DNA of 64,000 bases from an uncultured Acidobacteriota bacterium (GCA_963700145.1 OY969474.1:5391768-5455767), one strand, 5' to 3'. Counted from the stretch's first letter, positions 22,864 to 35,689 are shown. The notes: generated by a model from the letters alone, not told the origin. Translations and numbers: made by a program.

Positions 22864-23751
22864 TCAGCGCGGCCGGCGTCCCGCGAGAGCGGCGCCGGCG
22901 AGGAGCGCCATCGCGCCCAGGGCGCCGGGGCCGAGCGCGCCGGCGCCGCCGCCGTTGGTGCCGCTGCCGCCGATCTGCTTGCCGCTCTTGTCGTACATCG
23001 CGATCGCCGGCGTGCCGGCGCCGCGCACGGTGCCGCTCTTGGCCTGCTCCTCGAAGCCGGTGAGCGCGGTGTCGAGGTTGGCGATCAGGTCGGTCGTCGC
23101 CTTGGCGAACCCCTCCTCGGCCATCCGCCGCCGCGTCCGCGCCTCGTTGAGCGGGCTCGACCGCTCGTTGACCTTGCTGTCGCCGGCGGCGCGGAAGAGG
23201 AGGGCGTGCGAGGGGATGTCGTAGACGACGGCGTCCATCACCGTGCGGGTGTCGTTCTTCTCGCCCTCGATGAGCAGCGGCCCGACGACCGTCAGGTAGG
23301 TCCACGAGGCGCGGGACGACTCGGTGATCTGGACCTGGTCGTAGGAGACGAGCACCGCGAGGTCCAGCCCGAGCGTCGCGGCGAGCTGGCCGAGGTTGGT
23401 GAAGCCGCCGCCCGGCTTGAGGTAGTGGCTGGGCACGACCTCGATCCGCCCGATCCCCTCGTGCGAGCGGAAGGCCGCGGCGACCTTCTCGAGCAGGCCC
23501 TGCTTGAGGCTCTCGGAGATCGGGTCGGCGCCGTAGGGGGTGTAGCCGCCGCCCTCGCCCGCTGGCGCGAAGGCGATCCCCACCCGCACCGGCAGCTTCA
23601 GCGTGACGCTCTGCGCTGGCTCGCCCGAGCCGGCGCCGCCGGGGTAGAGGAAGTCGAGCGCGCTGCTGGCGCGGCGAGTGGTGTAGGAGCCGCCGCAGGC
23701 GGCGGCGAGCAGGGCGGCGGCGAGGAGCAGCGGCGGCAGGGAGCGGCGCAT
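22864..23751 (-). CDS. Rhombotarget-type lipoprotein with GlyGly-CTERM tail
   Basis: Lipobox LLAAAC; SSALDFLYP, LPVRVGIAF; C-terminal GGGAGALG + hydrophobic helix + RRPR. Confidence 0.82.
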   Translation of the reverse strand: MRRSLPPLLLAAALLAAACGGSYTTRRASSALDFLYPGGAGSGEPAQSVTLKLPVRVGIAFAPAGEGGGYTPYGADPISESLKQGLLEKVAAAFRSHEGIGRIEVVPSHYLKPGGGFTNLGQLAATLGLDLAVLVSYDQVQITESSRASWTYLTVVGPLLIEGEKNDTRTVMDAVVYDIPSHALLFRAAGDSKVNERSSPLNEARTRRRMAEEGFAKATTDLIANLDTALTGFEEQAKSGTVRGAGTPAIAMYDKSGKQIGGSGTNGGGAGALGPGALGAMALLAGAALAGRRPR

Positions 23752-23779
23752 CGTAGTCCTCCGGGTCGGTGCCCCGATG

Positions 23780-26443
<2,664 letters not shown>

Positions 26444-26485
26444 GATGGAAATTCTCCGTGCAAGTCCCCGGCCGGGCGGCCGGGG

Positions 26486-27471
26486 TCAACCGCGCGGCGG
26501 GACGCTGGAGGCCTGCGCCAGCTCTCGGTAGAGCTCGCGCTCGCGCTCGGAGAGGGTCTCCGGCAGGACGATGCGGATCTCGGCGTAGAGGTCGCCGGGC
26601 TCGCCGCCCGGCTTCGGCAGCCCCTTGCCGCGCAGCCTGATCCTACGCCCGCTGGAGGAGCCGGGGGGGATGCGCACCCGCACCGGGCCCTCCAGGGTCT
26701 CGACCTCCGCCTCGCCCCCCAGCGCCGCCTCCCAGGGCGTCACCGGCAGGGTGACGAAGAGGTCGCCGTCTTCGACGCGGAACCGCGGGTGCGGCTCGAG
26801 CTCGACGCGCAGGAAGAGGTCGCCCGGCGCCCCGCCCCCGAATCCCGGCTGCCCCTTGCCGGCGAGGCGGATGCGCTGCCCCGGCCGCACGCCGGCCGGG
26901 ATCTTCACCGCCAGGGTGTTGCGCTCGCCGGTCTGGGCGTCGCTCAAGGTGATCTCGCGGCTGCCGCCGCGGACCGCCTCTTCCAGGGTCACGGGGAGGC
27001 GGGCTTCGGTGTCGGTCCCCGGCTGGGACCAGGCGCCGCCGCCGGCACCGGCCCCCGGGCGGCCGCCGGTCGACCAGCGCACGCGGGCGCCGCCGGGGCG
27101 CCCCCGCCCCCCGGGCCCGCCGCGGCACCGCCGAAGAGGTTCTCGAAGAAGGAGCTGAAGCCGGAGCCGCCGAGGTCGAAGTCGCCGCCCTCGCCGAAGT
27201 CCCAGCGGATGTCCTCCCAACCGGGCGGCGGGGCGCCGGTCTGCTGGCGGACCTTCCAGGCGGAGCCGAACTGGTCGTATTTCTTCCGCTTCTCGGGGTC
27301 CTTGAGGACCTCGTAGGCCTCGCCGATCTCCTTGAAGCGGTTCTCGGAGCCGGGGTCCTTGTTGACGTCCGGGTGGAACTTGCGGGCGAGCTTCCGGTAG
27401 GCCTTCTGGATGTCGTCCTGCGAGGCGTCCTTCGAGACCCCGAGGCTGGCGTAGTAGTCCTTGTATTCCAC
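26486..27471 (-). pseudogene. cbpA: DnaJ-class/CbpA chaperone, frameshifted near 27060-27130
   Basis: J-domain with HPD in ORF 26989-27471; C-terminal domain (VTLEEA, IRLAGKG, PWEAALG) in ORF 26486-27220; no Zn finger. Confidence 0.82.
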
Positions 27472-27516
27472 GCGGCGGGCCGCGTCCTCTCGGCGCTCAG
27501 CGAAGGGTGGACGGTG

Positions 27517-27771
27517 CTACGGAGGGGTGAACCCGAAGTGCTCGTAGTTCTTGGCGATGAAGTCCTTCCACTTGTCGGGCACCTCTTCGAGCGGGAAGAT
27601 CGCCTCCACGGGGCAGGCGTCGATGCACAGGCCGCAGTCGATGCACTCCTCGGGGTGGATGTAGAGCATTTCCCAGTCCTCGCCCTTGCCGTAGATGCAG
27701 TCCACCGGGCAGACGTCCACGCAAGCGGTGTCCTTCACACCCACACAAGGCTCAGCGATGATGTGCGTCAT
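27517..27771 (-). CDS. Dicluster (7Fe-type) ferredoxin
   Basis: C-x7-CVDVCPVDC and CIDCGLCIDACP motifs. Confidence 0.92.
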   Translation of the reverse strand: MTHIIAEPCVGVKDTACVDVCPVDCIYGKGEDWEMLYIHPEECIDCGLCIDACPVEAIFPLEEVPDKWKDFIAKNYEHFGFTPP

Positions 27772-27824
27772 TCAGCAGGCCCCTCCTTTGAGGTTCTTGG
27801 CGCTTCCACACCCACGGCGCGGGA

Positions 27825-29120
27825 TTATACCGATTCCTCGGCGAAGGCGCGGTCGAAGGCCTCCAGGGTGGCGGCGATCTCGGTTTCACCATGCGCCGTC
27901 GAGACGAAGAGCGCCTCGTACGGCGACGGCGGCAGGTGGACGCCGTGGGCGAGCAGGCGGTGGAAGACGCGCGCGAAGAGCGCCCGATCGGAGGCGTCCA
28001 CGTCCTCCAGGCGGCGGACCGGCGCGGCGGTGAAGAAGAGGCCGAGCATCGAGCCCTGGCGCTCGATCCGGCAGGCCAGGCCGCGGCGGCGCGCGGCCTC
28101 CTCGATCCCGGCCTGGAGGCGGGCGCCGCTCCGTTCGAGCAGGTCGTAGGGGGATGGGTCGCCGCGCCCCAGCTCGGCGAGCGCGGCGAGCCCGGCGGCG
28201 ACGGCGAGCGGGTTCCCGGAGAGCGTGCCCGCCTGGTAGACCGGCCCGGCCGGCGCGATCCGGCGCATCAGCTCCGCCGGGCCGCCGTAAGCGCCGATCG
28301 GCAGCCCGCCGCCGATGACCTTCCCCAGCGTCGTCAGGTCGGGGCGTACGTCGAAGAGGACCTGCGCGCCCCCCCAGGCGACGCGGAAGCCGGTCATCAC
28401 CTCGTCGAAGACCAGGAGCGCGCCGTGGCGGTCGCAGAGGGCGCGCAGGCCGGCGAGGAAGCCGGGCGCCGGCGGCACCAGGCCCATGTTGCCGGCCACC
28501 GGCTCGACGAAGACGGCGGCGATCGCGTCCGGCGCGGCGGCGAAATGCGCTTCCACGGCGGCCAGGTCGTTGTACGGGGCGACGAGCGTGTCGGCGGTGA
28601 CCGCCTCAGGCACGCCGGGCGAGGAGGGGACGCCGATCGTCGCCGCGCCCGAGCCGGCGGCCACCAGGAAGGGGTCGGCGTGGCCGTGGTAGCAGCCCGC
28701 GAACTTGACCAGCTTCCGCCGGCCGGTCGCGGCGCGGGCCAGGCGGAGCGCCGACATCGTCGCCTCGGTCCCGGAATTGACCAGGCGCACCATCTCGACC
28801 GCGGGCAGCGCGGCGGCGATCCGCTCGCCGAGCTCCACCTCGGCGACGGTCGGGGCGCCGAACGCGGTGCCGCGGCGGAGCGCGCCCTCGACGGCCGCGA
28901 CGATGGCCGGGTGTCCGTGACCCAGGATGTGCGGCCCGTAACCGCCGATGTAGTCGAGGTAGCGCCGGCCGTCCTCCCCCCAGAGCCAGGCCCCGGCGGC
29001 GGCGCGGACGAAGACCGGCGTGCCGCCGACGCCGCGGAAGGCGCGGACCGGAGAGTTGACGCCGCCGGGCAGAACCCGCTCGGCGCGCTGGAGGAGATCC
29101 TCGGCCGTCACTCGCTCCAT
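27825..29120 (-). CDS. hemL: Glutamate-1-semialdehyde 2,1-aminomutase
   Basis: [53 protein letters not shown]. Confidence 0.96.
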   Translation of the reverse strand: MERVTAEDLLQRAERVLPGGVNSPVRAFRGVGGTPVFVRAAAGAWLWGEDGRRYLDYIGGYGPHILGHGHPAIVAAVEGALRRGTAFGAPTVAEVELGERIAAALPAVEMVRLVNSGTEATMSALRLARAATGRRKLVKFAGCYHGHADPFLVAAGSGAATIGVPSSPGVPEAVTADTLVAPYNDLAAVEAHFAAAPDAIAAVFVEPVAGNMGLVPPAPGFLAGLRALCDRHGALLVFDEVMTGFRVAWGGAQVLFDVRPDLTTLGKVIGGGLPIGAYGGPAELMRRIAPAGPVYQAGTLSGNPLAVAAGLAALAELGRGDPSPYDLLERSGARLQAGIEEAARRRGLACRIERQGSMLGLFFTAAPVRRLEDVDASDRALFARVFHRLLAHGVHLPPSPYEALFVSTAHGETEIAATLEAFDRAFAEESV

Positions 29121-30094
29121 CCGGCCCGGATCAACCGCGCCGCGTCGCGCGCGCAGTAGGTGAGGATCAGGTCGGCGCCGGCGCGCTTGATCGCCAGCAG
29201 CGACTCCATCATCACCCGGTCGTGGTCGATCCAGCCGCGCTCGGCGGCGGCCTTGAGCATCGCGTACTCACCGCTGACGTGGTAGGCGGCGAGCGGCAGG
29301 TCGAAGCGCCGGCGCAGTCGCGCCAGGACGTCGAGGTAGGGGAGCGCGGGCTTGACCATCAGCATGTCCGCGCCTTCCTCGACGTCGAGCGCCGCCTCGC
29401 GCAGCGCCTCGCGGCCGTTGGCCGGGTCCATCTGGTAGCCGCGCCGGTCGCCGAACGAGGGGGCCGACTCCGCGGCCTCGCGGAAGGGCCCGTAGAAGGC
29501 GCTCGCGAACTTGACCGCGTAGGCGAGGATGGGGGTCTCGGCGAGCCCCGCCGCGTCGAGCGCGTGCCGGATCGCCGCCACGCGGCCGTCCATCATGTCG
29601 GAGGGAGCGACGACGTCGGCGCCGGCGCGGGCGAGCGACACCGCCTGGCGCGCCAGGTTCTCGAGCGTCGGGTCGTTCGCCACCCGCCCGTCCTCCAGCA
29701 CGCCGCAGTGGCCGTGGTCGGTGTACTCGCAGAAGCAGACGTCGGCGATGGTGATGAGGTCGGGCACCTGCTGCTTGAGCGCCCGCAGCGCCCGCTGCAC
29801 GATGCCGTCGTCCGACCAGGCGGCGCTCCCTGTTGCGTCCTTCCCCTCCGGCAGGCCGAAGAGGAGGACGGCGCGGATCCCCTCGGCGTGCGCCGCCGCG
29901 CAGGTTTCGACCAGCCGGTCCACCGAGTGCTGGCAGACGCCCGGCATCGACGGCACCGGCCACGCCACCCCTTCGCCGGGGCAGACGAAGAGCGGCAGGA
30001 CGAGGTCGTCGATTGCGACCCGCGTCTCGCGCACCAGCGCCCGCAGGGCGGGGGTCCGGCGCAGGCGCCGCAGGCGGACCTCGGGGAAGGGCAT
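29108..30094 (-). CDS. hemB: Porphobilinogen synthase
   Basis: [56 protein letters not shown]. Confidence 0.96.
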   Translation of the reverse strand: MPFPEVRLRRLRRTPALRALVRETRVAIDDLVLPLFVCPGEGVAWPVPSMPGVCQHSVDRLVETCAAAHAEGIRAVLLFGLPEGKDATGSAAWSDDGIVQRALRALKQQVPDLITIADVCFCEYTDHGHCGVLEDGRVANDPTLENLARQAVSLARAGADVVAPSDMMDGRVAAIRHALDAAGLAETPILAYAVKFASAFYGPFREAAESAPSFGDRRGYQMDPANGREALREAALDVEEGADMLMVKPALPYLDVLARLRRRFDLPLAAYHVSGEYAMLKAAAERGWIDHDRVMMESLLAIKRAGADLILTYCARDAARLIRAGWSE

Positions 30095-30120
30095 GGCAGC
30101 GGGTTTTACCACACGCCGCG

Positions 30121-30184
30121 TTCCGCTCAGGACAACAATTCGCCCATGTCATCCTGAGCGAAGCGAAGGATCTGGGCGGGGGGT
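30121..30184. repeat. REP-like palindromic element, copy 1
   Basis: TGTCATCCTGAGCGAAGCGAAGGATCT at 30147-30173, partial inverted arm CGCTCAGGACAACA upstream; related copies at 33.3 and 40.5 kb. Confidence 0.8.
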
Positions 30185-30204
30185 AGGTCGCTAAGATCGG
30201 TGCG

Positions 30205-31104
30205 ATGACATTGATCGACGGCCTCCGGCGGCGCGAGCTGATCGTCGTCACCGGCAAGGGAGGGGTGGGGAAGACCACCGTCGCCGCCGCGCTCGGCAAG
30301 GGGCTCGCCGCCGCCGGGCGGCGGACCCTGGTCCTCGAGGTCGATCCGCGCGAAAACCTCCACCAGATGGTCGGGCTGCCGCCGTCCGGCGGCGCCATCG
30401 TGCCGGTCGAGCCGCGCCTCTGGGTGCAGAACCTCAAGCCGGTCGAGGTGCTCGACACCGTGGTGCGCGAGCAGCTCAAGGTCGAGCTGCTGGTCAAGCG
30501 GGTGCTCGAGAGCCCGATCTACCAGCACTTCGCGCCGGGCGCGCCGGGCTTGAAGGAGATGGCGATCCTCGGCCACGCCCTGCGCCTGCTGCGCGGCGTG
30601 GGCGGCGCCGCCGACGCGCCCGCGCTCGACACCGTCGTCCTCGACGCCCCGGCCACCGGCCACGGCGTCCTCCTCCTGCTGGCCCCGCTCCTCGTCGCCG
30701 AGGTCATCCGCAGCGGCCCCTTCGGCCGCATGTCCGAGGAGCTGCGGCAGCTCGTGGCGAGCCGGGAGCGCTGCGGCGTCGTCGTGGTGACCCAGGCCGA
30801 GGAGATGCCGGTCGAGGAATCGCTGGAGCTCGCCGTGGCGCTCGACGAGGGCCTCGGGCGCGGCGCCGACCTCCTGGTCGTCAACGGCCTCTACCCGCCG
30901 CTGCCGGAGGAGGGGCTCGGCGGCGGCGACCAAGATCCGATCACCGACCTCTGGCGCCGCCGCCGCGCGCTCAACGAGCGCCAGCTCGCCCGCCTCGCCG
31001 CCGCCTGGCGCGGCCCGCGCGTCGAGCTGCCGCTCCTGCCCGTCGAGCGCGGCCCGCGCCTCCTCGCTGCGCTTGCCCGCCACCTGGAGCCGGCGTGGAG
31101 CTGA
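30205..31104 (+). CDS. ArsA/Get3-like ATPase, subunit 1
   Basis: Deviant Walker A GKGGVGKTT; APGLKE; DAPATGH; EEMPVEE; VVNG. Confidence 0.88.
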   Translation: MTLIDGLRRRELIVVTGKGGVGKTTVAAALGKGLAAAGRRTLVLEVDPRENLHQMVGLPPSGGAIVPVEPRLWVQNLKPVEVLDTVVREQLKVELLVKRVLESPIYQHFAPGAPGLKEMAILGHALRLLRGVGGAADAPALDTVVLDAPATGHGVLLLLAPLLVAEVIRSGPFGRMSEELRQLVASRERCGVVVVTQAEEMPVEESLELAVALDEGLGRGADLLVVNGLYPPLPEEGLGGGDQDPITDLWRRRRALNERQLARLAAAWRGPRVELPLLPVERGPRLLAALARHLEPAWS

Positions 31105-32180
31105 TCTCCCTGGATACGCCGTTCACCGTCGTGGTCGGCGGCGGCGGGGTGGGGAAGACGACCCTCGCCGCGGCGCTCGGCGTGGCGGCGGCGCGCGCCG
31201 GGCAGGACGCGCTGGTCGTCACCTTCGACCCCTCCCACCGGCTCAAGGACGCGCTCGGCGTGTGCGAGGGCGCCGCCGGCGGCGAGGCGGCGGTGCCGCT
31301 CGAGGCGCCCGGGAGGCTCGCCGCGAGCCTCCTCGACGCCCGCCAGACCTTCGACCGCCTGGTCGAGCGCTACGCCCCGGACGACGAGAGCCGCGAGCGC
31401 ATCCTCGGCAACCGCTTCTACCGCCACCTCGCCGGCTCGCTCGGCGGCATCCTGGAGTACATGGCGGTCGAGCGGCTCTACGAGGTGGCGGCCGAGGGGC
31501 GCTACGCGCAGGTCGTCCTCGACACGCCGCCGACCCGCCAGGCGCTCGACTTCCTGGAAGCGCCGGCGCGGATCGTCGCCTTCCTCGACAGCGGCGTCCT
31601 GCAGGTGGCGCAGCGGCGCTGGTTCGACGAGGAGGGGCGCCTGCGCGGCGCCGCGCGCTTCGGGCCGCTCGGCCGGCAGGCGGAGCGCTTCCTCGACGAG
31701 GTCGTGGGGCTCGACCTGCTGCGCGACATGAGCGAGTTCTTCCAGGCCTTCGCGCCGCTCTACGAGGGGTTCCGCGAGCGCGCCGCCGCCGTCCAGGCGC
31801 TGCTGCGCTCGCCGCGCACCCGCTTCCTCCTGGTCGCCGGGCCGGGCGAGGAGCGCATCCCGGACACCCTGTTCTTCGCCCGCCGCCTCGAGAAGGAGGG
31901 ATACCGGCTGGGCGCGATCGTCGTCAACCGGGTCCATCCCTGGACGGAGGAAGCGCCGGCCGCGCCGCCGGCAGGCACTCCGGCCGACGGCCGCCGGCTC
32001 CTCCTCTGGCTCGGCGACCGTGACCGCCGCGGGCTCGTCGAGCTCGGGCAGCTCCTGCCGCGCGAGCGGCCGTTCGTCGCTCTCCCTCTCCTGCCCGACG
32101 AGCCGACCGACCTGCAGTCCCTGGGAGCGGTGGCGGAGCTCCTGGGGCGCCTTCTTGCCGCACCGCGGCGAGACCCTTGA
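31095..32180 (+). CDS. ArsA/Get3-like ATPase, subunit 2
   Basis: GGGGVGKTT (no signature Lys), TFDPSHRL, EYMAVERL, DTPPTRQALDFLEAP, VVNRVHP; overlaps subunit 1. Confidence 0.88.
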   Translation: MELISLDTPFTVVVGGGGVGKTTLAAALGVAAARAGQDALVVTFDPSHRLKDALGVCEGAAGGEAAVPLEAPGRLAASLLDARQTFDRLVERYAPDDESRERILGNRFYRHLAGSLGGILEYMAVERLYEVAAEGRYAQVVLDTPPTRQALDFLEAPARIVAFLDSGVLQVAQRRWFDEEGRLRGAARFGPLGRQAERFLDEVVGLDLLRDMSEFFQAFAPLYEGFRERAAAVQALLRSPRTRFLLVAGPGEERIPDTLFFARRLEKEGYRLGAIVVNRVHPWTEEAPAAPPAGTPADGRRLLLWLGDRDRRGLVELGQLLPRERPFVALPLLPDEPTDLQSLGAVAELLGRLLAAPRRDP

Positions 32181-32250
32181 CTTTTTTGCCGCACTGCGGT
32201 AATTTGCCGTGGTGCGGCGGCGCTGCCGCCGCCCGACCGGAGACAAGCCG

Positions 32251-32709
32251 ATGATCCGCCTGATCAAGCGCTACGAGAGCCGCAAGCTCTACGACACCGA
32301 GGAGAGCCGCTACGTCTCGCTGGAGGAGATCGCGGCCTGGGTCCGCCAGGGGCAGGAGGTGCGGGTGCTGGACAACGCCACCTCCGCCGACGTCACCGCG
32401 CAGACCCTGACCCAGATCATCCTCGACGAGGGCCGCCGCGGCACCGCCTGCCTCTCGTCCGAGCTGCTCCACGACCTCGTCCGCGCCGGCCAGCAGGCCG
32501 TGACCACGGGCGTCGAGCAGGCGCGGCACGGGGTGGACCGGCTCGTGCAGGCGTCCGTCGATCGGCTGGGGCCGGTGCGGCGGGCGCGCGAGGAGATGTC
32601 GCGGCTGCGCACCCGCCTCGAGGAGCTGGAGGCGACACTCGAAGGGCTGGAGACCCAGGGCGCGGCGCCCGGCGCCGCCGCCCCGCCGCGCTCCCGCCGC
32701 AAGACCTGA
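32251..32709 (+). CDS. PhaR-like PHA-accumulation regulator DNA-binding protein
   Basis: IKRYESRKLYDTEESRYVSLEEI...DVTAQTLTQII matches the PhaR N-terminal domain; C-terminal coiled coil. Confidence 0.85.
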   Translation: MIRLIKRYESRKLYDTEESRYVSLEEIAAWVRQGQEVRVLDNATSADVTAQTLTQIILDEGRRGTACLSSELLHDLVRAGQQAVTTGVEQARHGVDRLVQASVDRLGPVRRAREEMSRLRTRLEELEATLEGLETQGAAPGAAAPPRSRRKT

Positions 32710-32740
32710 CCAAAAAACCGACTTTCAGGAGGGATGGACC

Positions 32741-33259
32741 ATGAGCGACCCGAAAACCACCACCGCCGGCACGACCGGCAGCAGCACCGGCACGACCGGC
32801 AAGTTCCAGGATGAGCTGCTGGACAGCGCCCGCCGCGTCTGGCTGGCCGGCCTCGGCGCCCTGGCGACCGCCGGCGAGGAGGGCTCGCGCGCCTTCAGCC
32901 GCCTCGTCGAGCGCGGCAAGGACGTCGAGCACAAAAGCCGCGACACCGCCGGCACGGGCTTCGAGAAGGCCAAGGAAGCGGCCAAGAGCACCTGGAGCGA
33001 CCTCGGCAACACCCTGGACGAGACGCTGACCGCCACCCTCCACCGGCTCGGCGTCCCCACCCGCGACGAGATCCGCACCCTGACTCAGCGGGTCGAGGAG
33101 CTGTCGGCCAAGATCGAGCAGCTCCGTTCCCGCCCGGCGTCGGCGGCCGCCGGCACGCATGCGGCGGAGAACGTCGTGGTGGACTCCTCAGGCAAGCCGG
33201 TCTCCAGCCCCGGCGCCGACGCGCCGGTCACCAAGCCGCCGCGCAAGACGTCCTCTTAA
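32741..33259 (+). CDS. Phasin (PhaF/PhaI-like granule-associated protein)
   Basis: SARRVWLAGLGA...EEG...F..LVERG and LHRLGVPTRDEI..L..RVEEL motifs; RBS AGGAGG. Confidence 0.85.
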   Translation: MSDPKTTTAGTTGSSTGTTGKFQDELLDSARRVWLAGLGALATAGEEGSRAFSRLVERGKDVEHKSRDTAGTGFEKAKEAAKSTWSDLGNTLDETLTATLHRLGVPTRDEIRTLTQRVEELSAKIEQLRSRPASAAAGTHAAENVVVDSSGKPVSSPGADAPVTKPPRKTSS

Positions 33260-33287
33260 AGGACAGTGGCGAGATGCAGGCTTCCTG

Positions 33288-33372
33288 CCCCCAGATCCTT
33301 CGCTACGCTGCGCTCCGCTCAGGATGACAACTACACGTCATCCTGAGCGAAGCGAAGGATCTGGGCGGGGGG
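33288..33372. repeat. REP-like palindromic element, copy 2 (inverted pair)
   Basis: CCCAGATCCTTCGCT..CGCTCAGGATGACA / GTCATCCTGAGCGAAGCGAAGGATCTGGG. Confidence 0.85.
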
Positions 33373-34601
33373 TTCCAGCCGCGGCCCCACGGATCGGCCT
33401 CGCGCTCGCCAGCGGCGCACCGGAGGGCGCAATCTACGAGATCGGCGCCCTCCGCGCCCTCGACGAGGCGCTCGACGGGCTGGACCTCAACCGGCTCGAC
33501 ATCTACGTCGGCGTCAGCGCCGGCGCCTTCCTGACCGCCTGCCTCGCCAATCGCATGACGACGGCGCAGATGTGCCGCGCCATCGTCTCGCCGGAGCCGG
33601 GCGAGCACCCCTTCGTCCCCGAGACCTTCCTCACCCCCGCCTTCTCGCTCTGGAAGCGCAGCGGCCTCGCCGTGCCGCGCCTGCTCTGGGAGGCGATCCG
33701 CGACTACCTGGCGGCGCCGGGCGAGCGCGCCGTGGGAGAGGTGCTGACGCGGCTGTCGCGCGCCTTGCCGGTCGGCGTCTTCGACAACGAGCCGATCCGC
33801 GCCTATCTCGAGCGGATCTACGCCCTCAAGGGCCGCAGCGACGACTTCCGCCGCCTCGGCCGGCGCCTCGTCGTCGTCGCCGTGGACCTCGACTCGGGCA
33901 AGGCGGTGCGCTTCGGCGAGCCGCCTTTCGACCACGTGCCGATCTCGCGGGCGGTGCAGGCGTCGAGCGCGCTGCCCGGCCTCTACCCGCCGGTCGAGAT
34001 CGATGGCCGCTGCTACGTCGACGGCGTGCTGCTCAAGACCCTGCACGCCTCGGTGGCGCTGGAGGCGGGGGTGGACCTCCTCCTCTGCATCAACCCGCTG
34101 GTGCCGGTGGACACGGTGCGCGCCGTCGAGGCGGGCTTGATGCGCCACGGCCGGCTGGTCAACCGCGGCCTGCCGACCGTCCTGTCGCAGACCTTCCGCA
34201 CGCTGATCCACTCGCGCCTGGAAGTCGGGATGGCCGCCTATCGCACCCGCTACGAGGGGGCCGACGTCGTGCTCCTCCAGCCGCGGCGCGACGACTACGC
34301 GATGTTCTTCACCAACATCTTCGGCTTCGCCGAGCGCCGCCTGGTCGCCGAGCACGCCTACCAGGCCACCCGCCGCGACCTCCTCGCCCGCTACGACGAG
34401 CTGGCGCCGATCCTCGCCCGCCACGGCCTCACCCTGCGGCGCGACGTGCTGGAGGACGCCGAGCGCGACCTCTGGCAGGGCGTCGGGCTGGAAGCGGGCG
34501 CCAAGCGCAAGGCGAGGGAGCGGGGCCGGCGGCGCCCGGAAGCGGTCCACCGGCTGGACGAGGCGCTCGGGCGGCTCGAGGAGATGTTGGAAGGAGCCTA
34601 G
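33324..34601 (+). CDS. Patatin-like phospholipase/esterase
   Basis: IGLALASGAPEGAIYEIG, GVSAG nucleophile, ASSALPGLYPP, YVDG; the only ATG/GTG/TTG in frame after the phasin stop lies inside the REP. Confidence 0.88.
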   Translation: MTTTRHPERSEGSGRGVPAAAPRIGLALASGAPEGAIYEIGALRALDEALDGLDLNRLDIYVGVSAGAFLTACLANRMTTAQMCRAIVSPEPGEHPFVPETFLTPAFSLWKRSGLAVPRLLWEAIRDYLAAPGERAVGEVLTRLSRALPVGVFDNEPIRAYLERIYALKGRSDDFRRLGRRLVVVAVDLDSGKAVRFGEPPFDHVPISRAVQASSALPGLYPPVEIDGRCYVDGVLLKTLHASVALEAGVDLLLCINPLVPVDTVRAVEAGLMRHGRLVNRGLPTVLSQTFRTLIHSRLEVGMAAYRTRYEGADVVLLQPRRDDYAMFFTNIFGFAERRLVAEHAYQATRRDLLARYDELAPILARHGLTLRRDVLEDAERDLWQGVGLEAGAKRKARERGRRRPEAVHRLDEALGRLEEMLEGA

Positions 34602-34605
34602 AGGC

Positions 34606-35109
34606 TTGCAGCCTTCGCTGCTGTCCCGGAGCTTCACAATCCTGCGGGGCGTGGTCTACTCCGCGGCCTTCTTCTGGCTCTGGGCGTGGCTGGCCATCGC
34701 GGTGAGGCCCTTCGACGAGAGGCTCCCGGTGTCGCTGCCGCTCTGGCTCCGCCCGGTCGGCTACCTGCTGGCCGCCGCTGGCGCGCTGCTCGCGGGCTGG
34801 TGCATCGCGACCTTCGTCACCCGCGGCCGCGGCACGCCGGCCCCCTTCGACCCGCCGCGCGAGTTCGTGGCCTCCGGCCCCTACCGCTGGGTGCGCAACC
34901 CGATGTACGTCGGCGGGGCTGCCGTGATGCTCGGAGTTGGTCTCGTCGTTCCCTCGCCTTCGATCGTCCTGCTCGCCCTCGGGTTCCTGGTGCTCATGCA
35001 CCTCTTCGTCGTCCTCTACGAGGAGCCGACGTTGGCTGACAAGTTCGGCGCCAGCTACCAGCAGTACCGATCGTCGGTCCACCGCTGGCTCATCCGCAAA
35101 CCGGGGTAG
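34606..35109 (+). CDS. ICMT/PEMT-family membrane methyltransferase
   Basis: GRGTPAPFDPP, GPYRWVRNPMY, YEEPTL..KFG..Y..Y. Confidence 0.85.
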   Translation: MQPSLLSRSFTILRGVVYSAAFFWLWAWLAIAVRPFDERLPVSLPLWLRPVGYLLAAAGALLAGWCIATFVTRGRGTPAPFDPPREFVASGPYRWVRNPMYVGGAAVMLGVGLVVPSPSIVLLALGFLVLMHLFVVLYEEPTLADKFGASYQQYRSSVHRWLIRKPG

Positions 35110-35118
35110 GAGGAACCC

Positions 35119-35598
35119 ATGGCTGTCGACGTCAAGGCGATTCCCGAGGGTGCCTCGGTCGTGATCCCGCGGCTGGTCTGCCGCGACCCGGCCGCCGCCA
35201 TCGACTTCTGCGTCAAGACGTTCGGAGCGATCGAGCGCGGCCGCCGGCCCGGCCCGGACGGGGCCGTGGCGCACGCCATGCTGACCATCGGCCCGGCGAT
35301 GCTCATGATCGAGGCCGAATGGCCCACGCTGACCAGTCGTGCGCCCCAACCCGACGGCAGCTCGCCGGTGGTGATCTATGTCTACGTCCCGGACGTGGAC
35401 GAGACGGTGGCGCGGGCGCTCGCCAACGGAGCGCAGGTCCTGGTGCCGCTGCAGGACCAGTTCTGGGGCGACCGCATCGCCTGGATCATGGACCCCTCCG
35501 GCCACGTCTGGACCGTCGCGTCGCGGATCGAGGAAACGTCGGCAGACGAGAGAACCGACCGTTGGGCCAACATCTTGGCTGAAAAAGAGGGCGCCTAG
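35119..35598 (+). CDS. VOC/PhnB family protein
   Basis: AAIDF..KTFGA.E, HAMLTIG, DQFWGDR...DPSGHVW. Confidence 0.88.
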   Translation: MAVDVKAIPEGASVVIPRLVCRDPAAAIDFCVKTFGAIERGRRPGPDGAVAHAMLTIGPAMLMIEAEWPTLTSRAPQPDGSSPVVIYVYVPDVDETVARALANGAQVLVPLQDQFWGDRIAWIMDPSGHVWTVASRIEETSADERTDRWANILAEKEGA

Positions 35599-35689
35599 GC
35601 GAACAGCGTAACGTCCGCCCGCGCGCCCACGGAATTCGCGCCTCCTCCACGGTCTTCGCCGGCGTCCCACGGAACATCTTCCGTGCCCG

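Noticed and set aside
30205-32180. Arsenite-efflux ArsA
   Set aside because: No arsB/acr3/arsC/arsD/arsR nearby; split asymmetric pair in a lipid-granule context.
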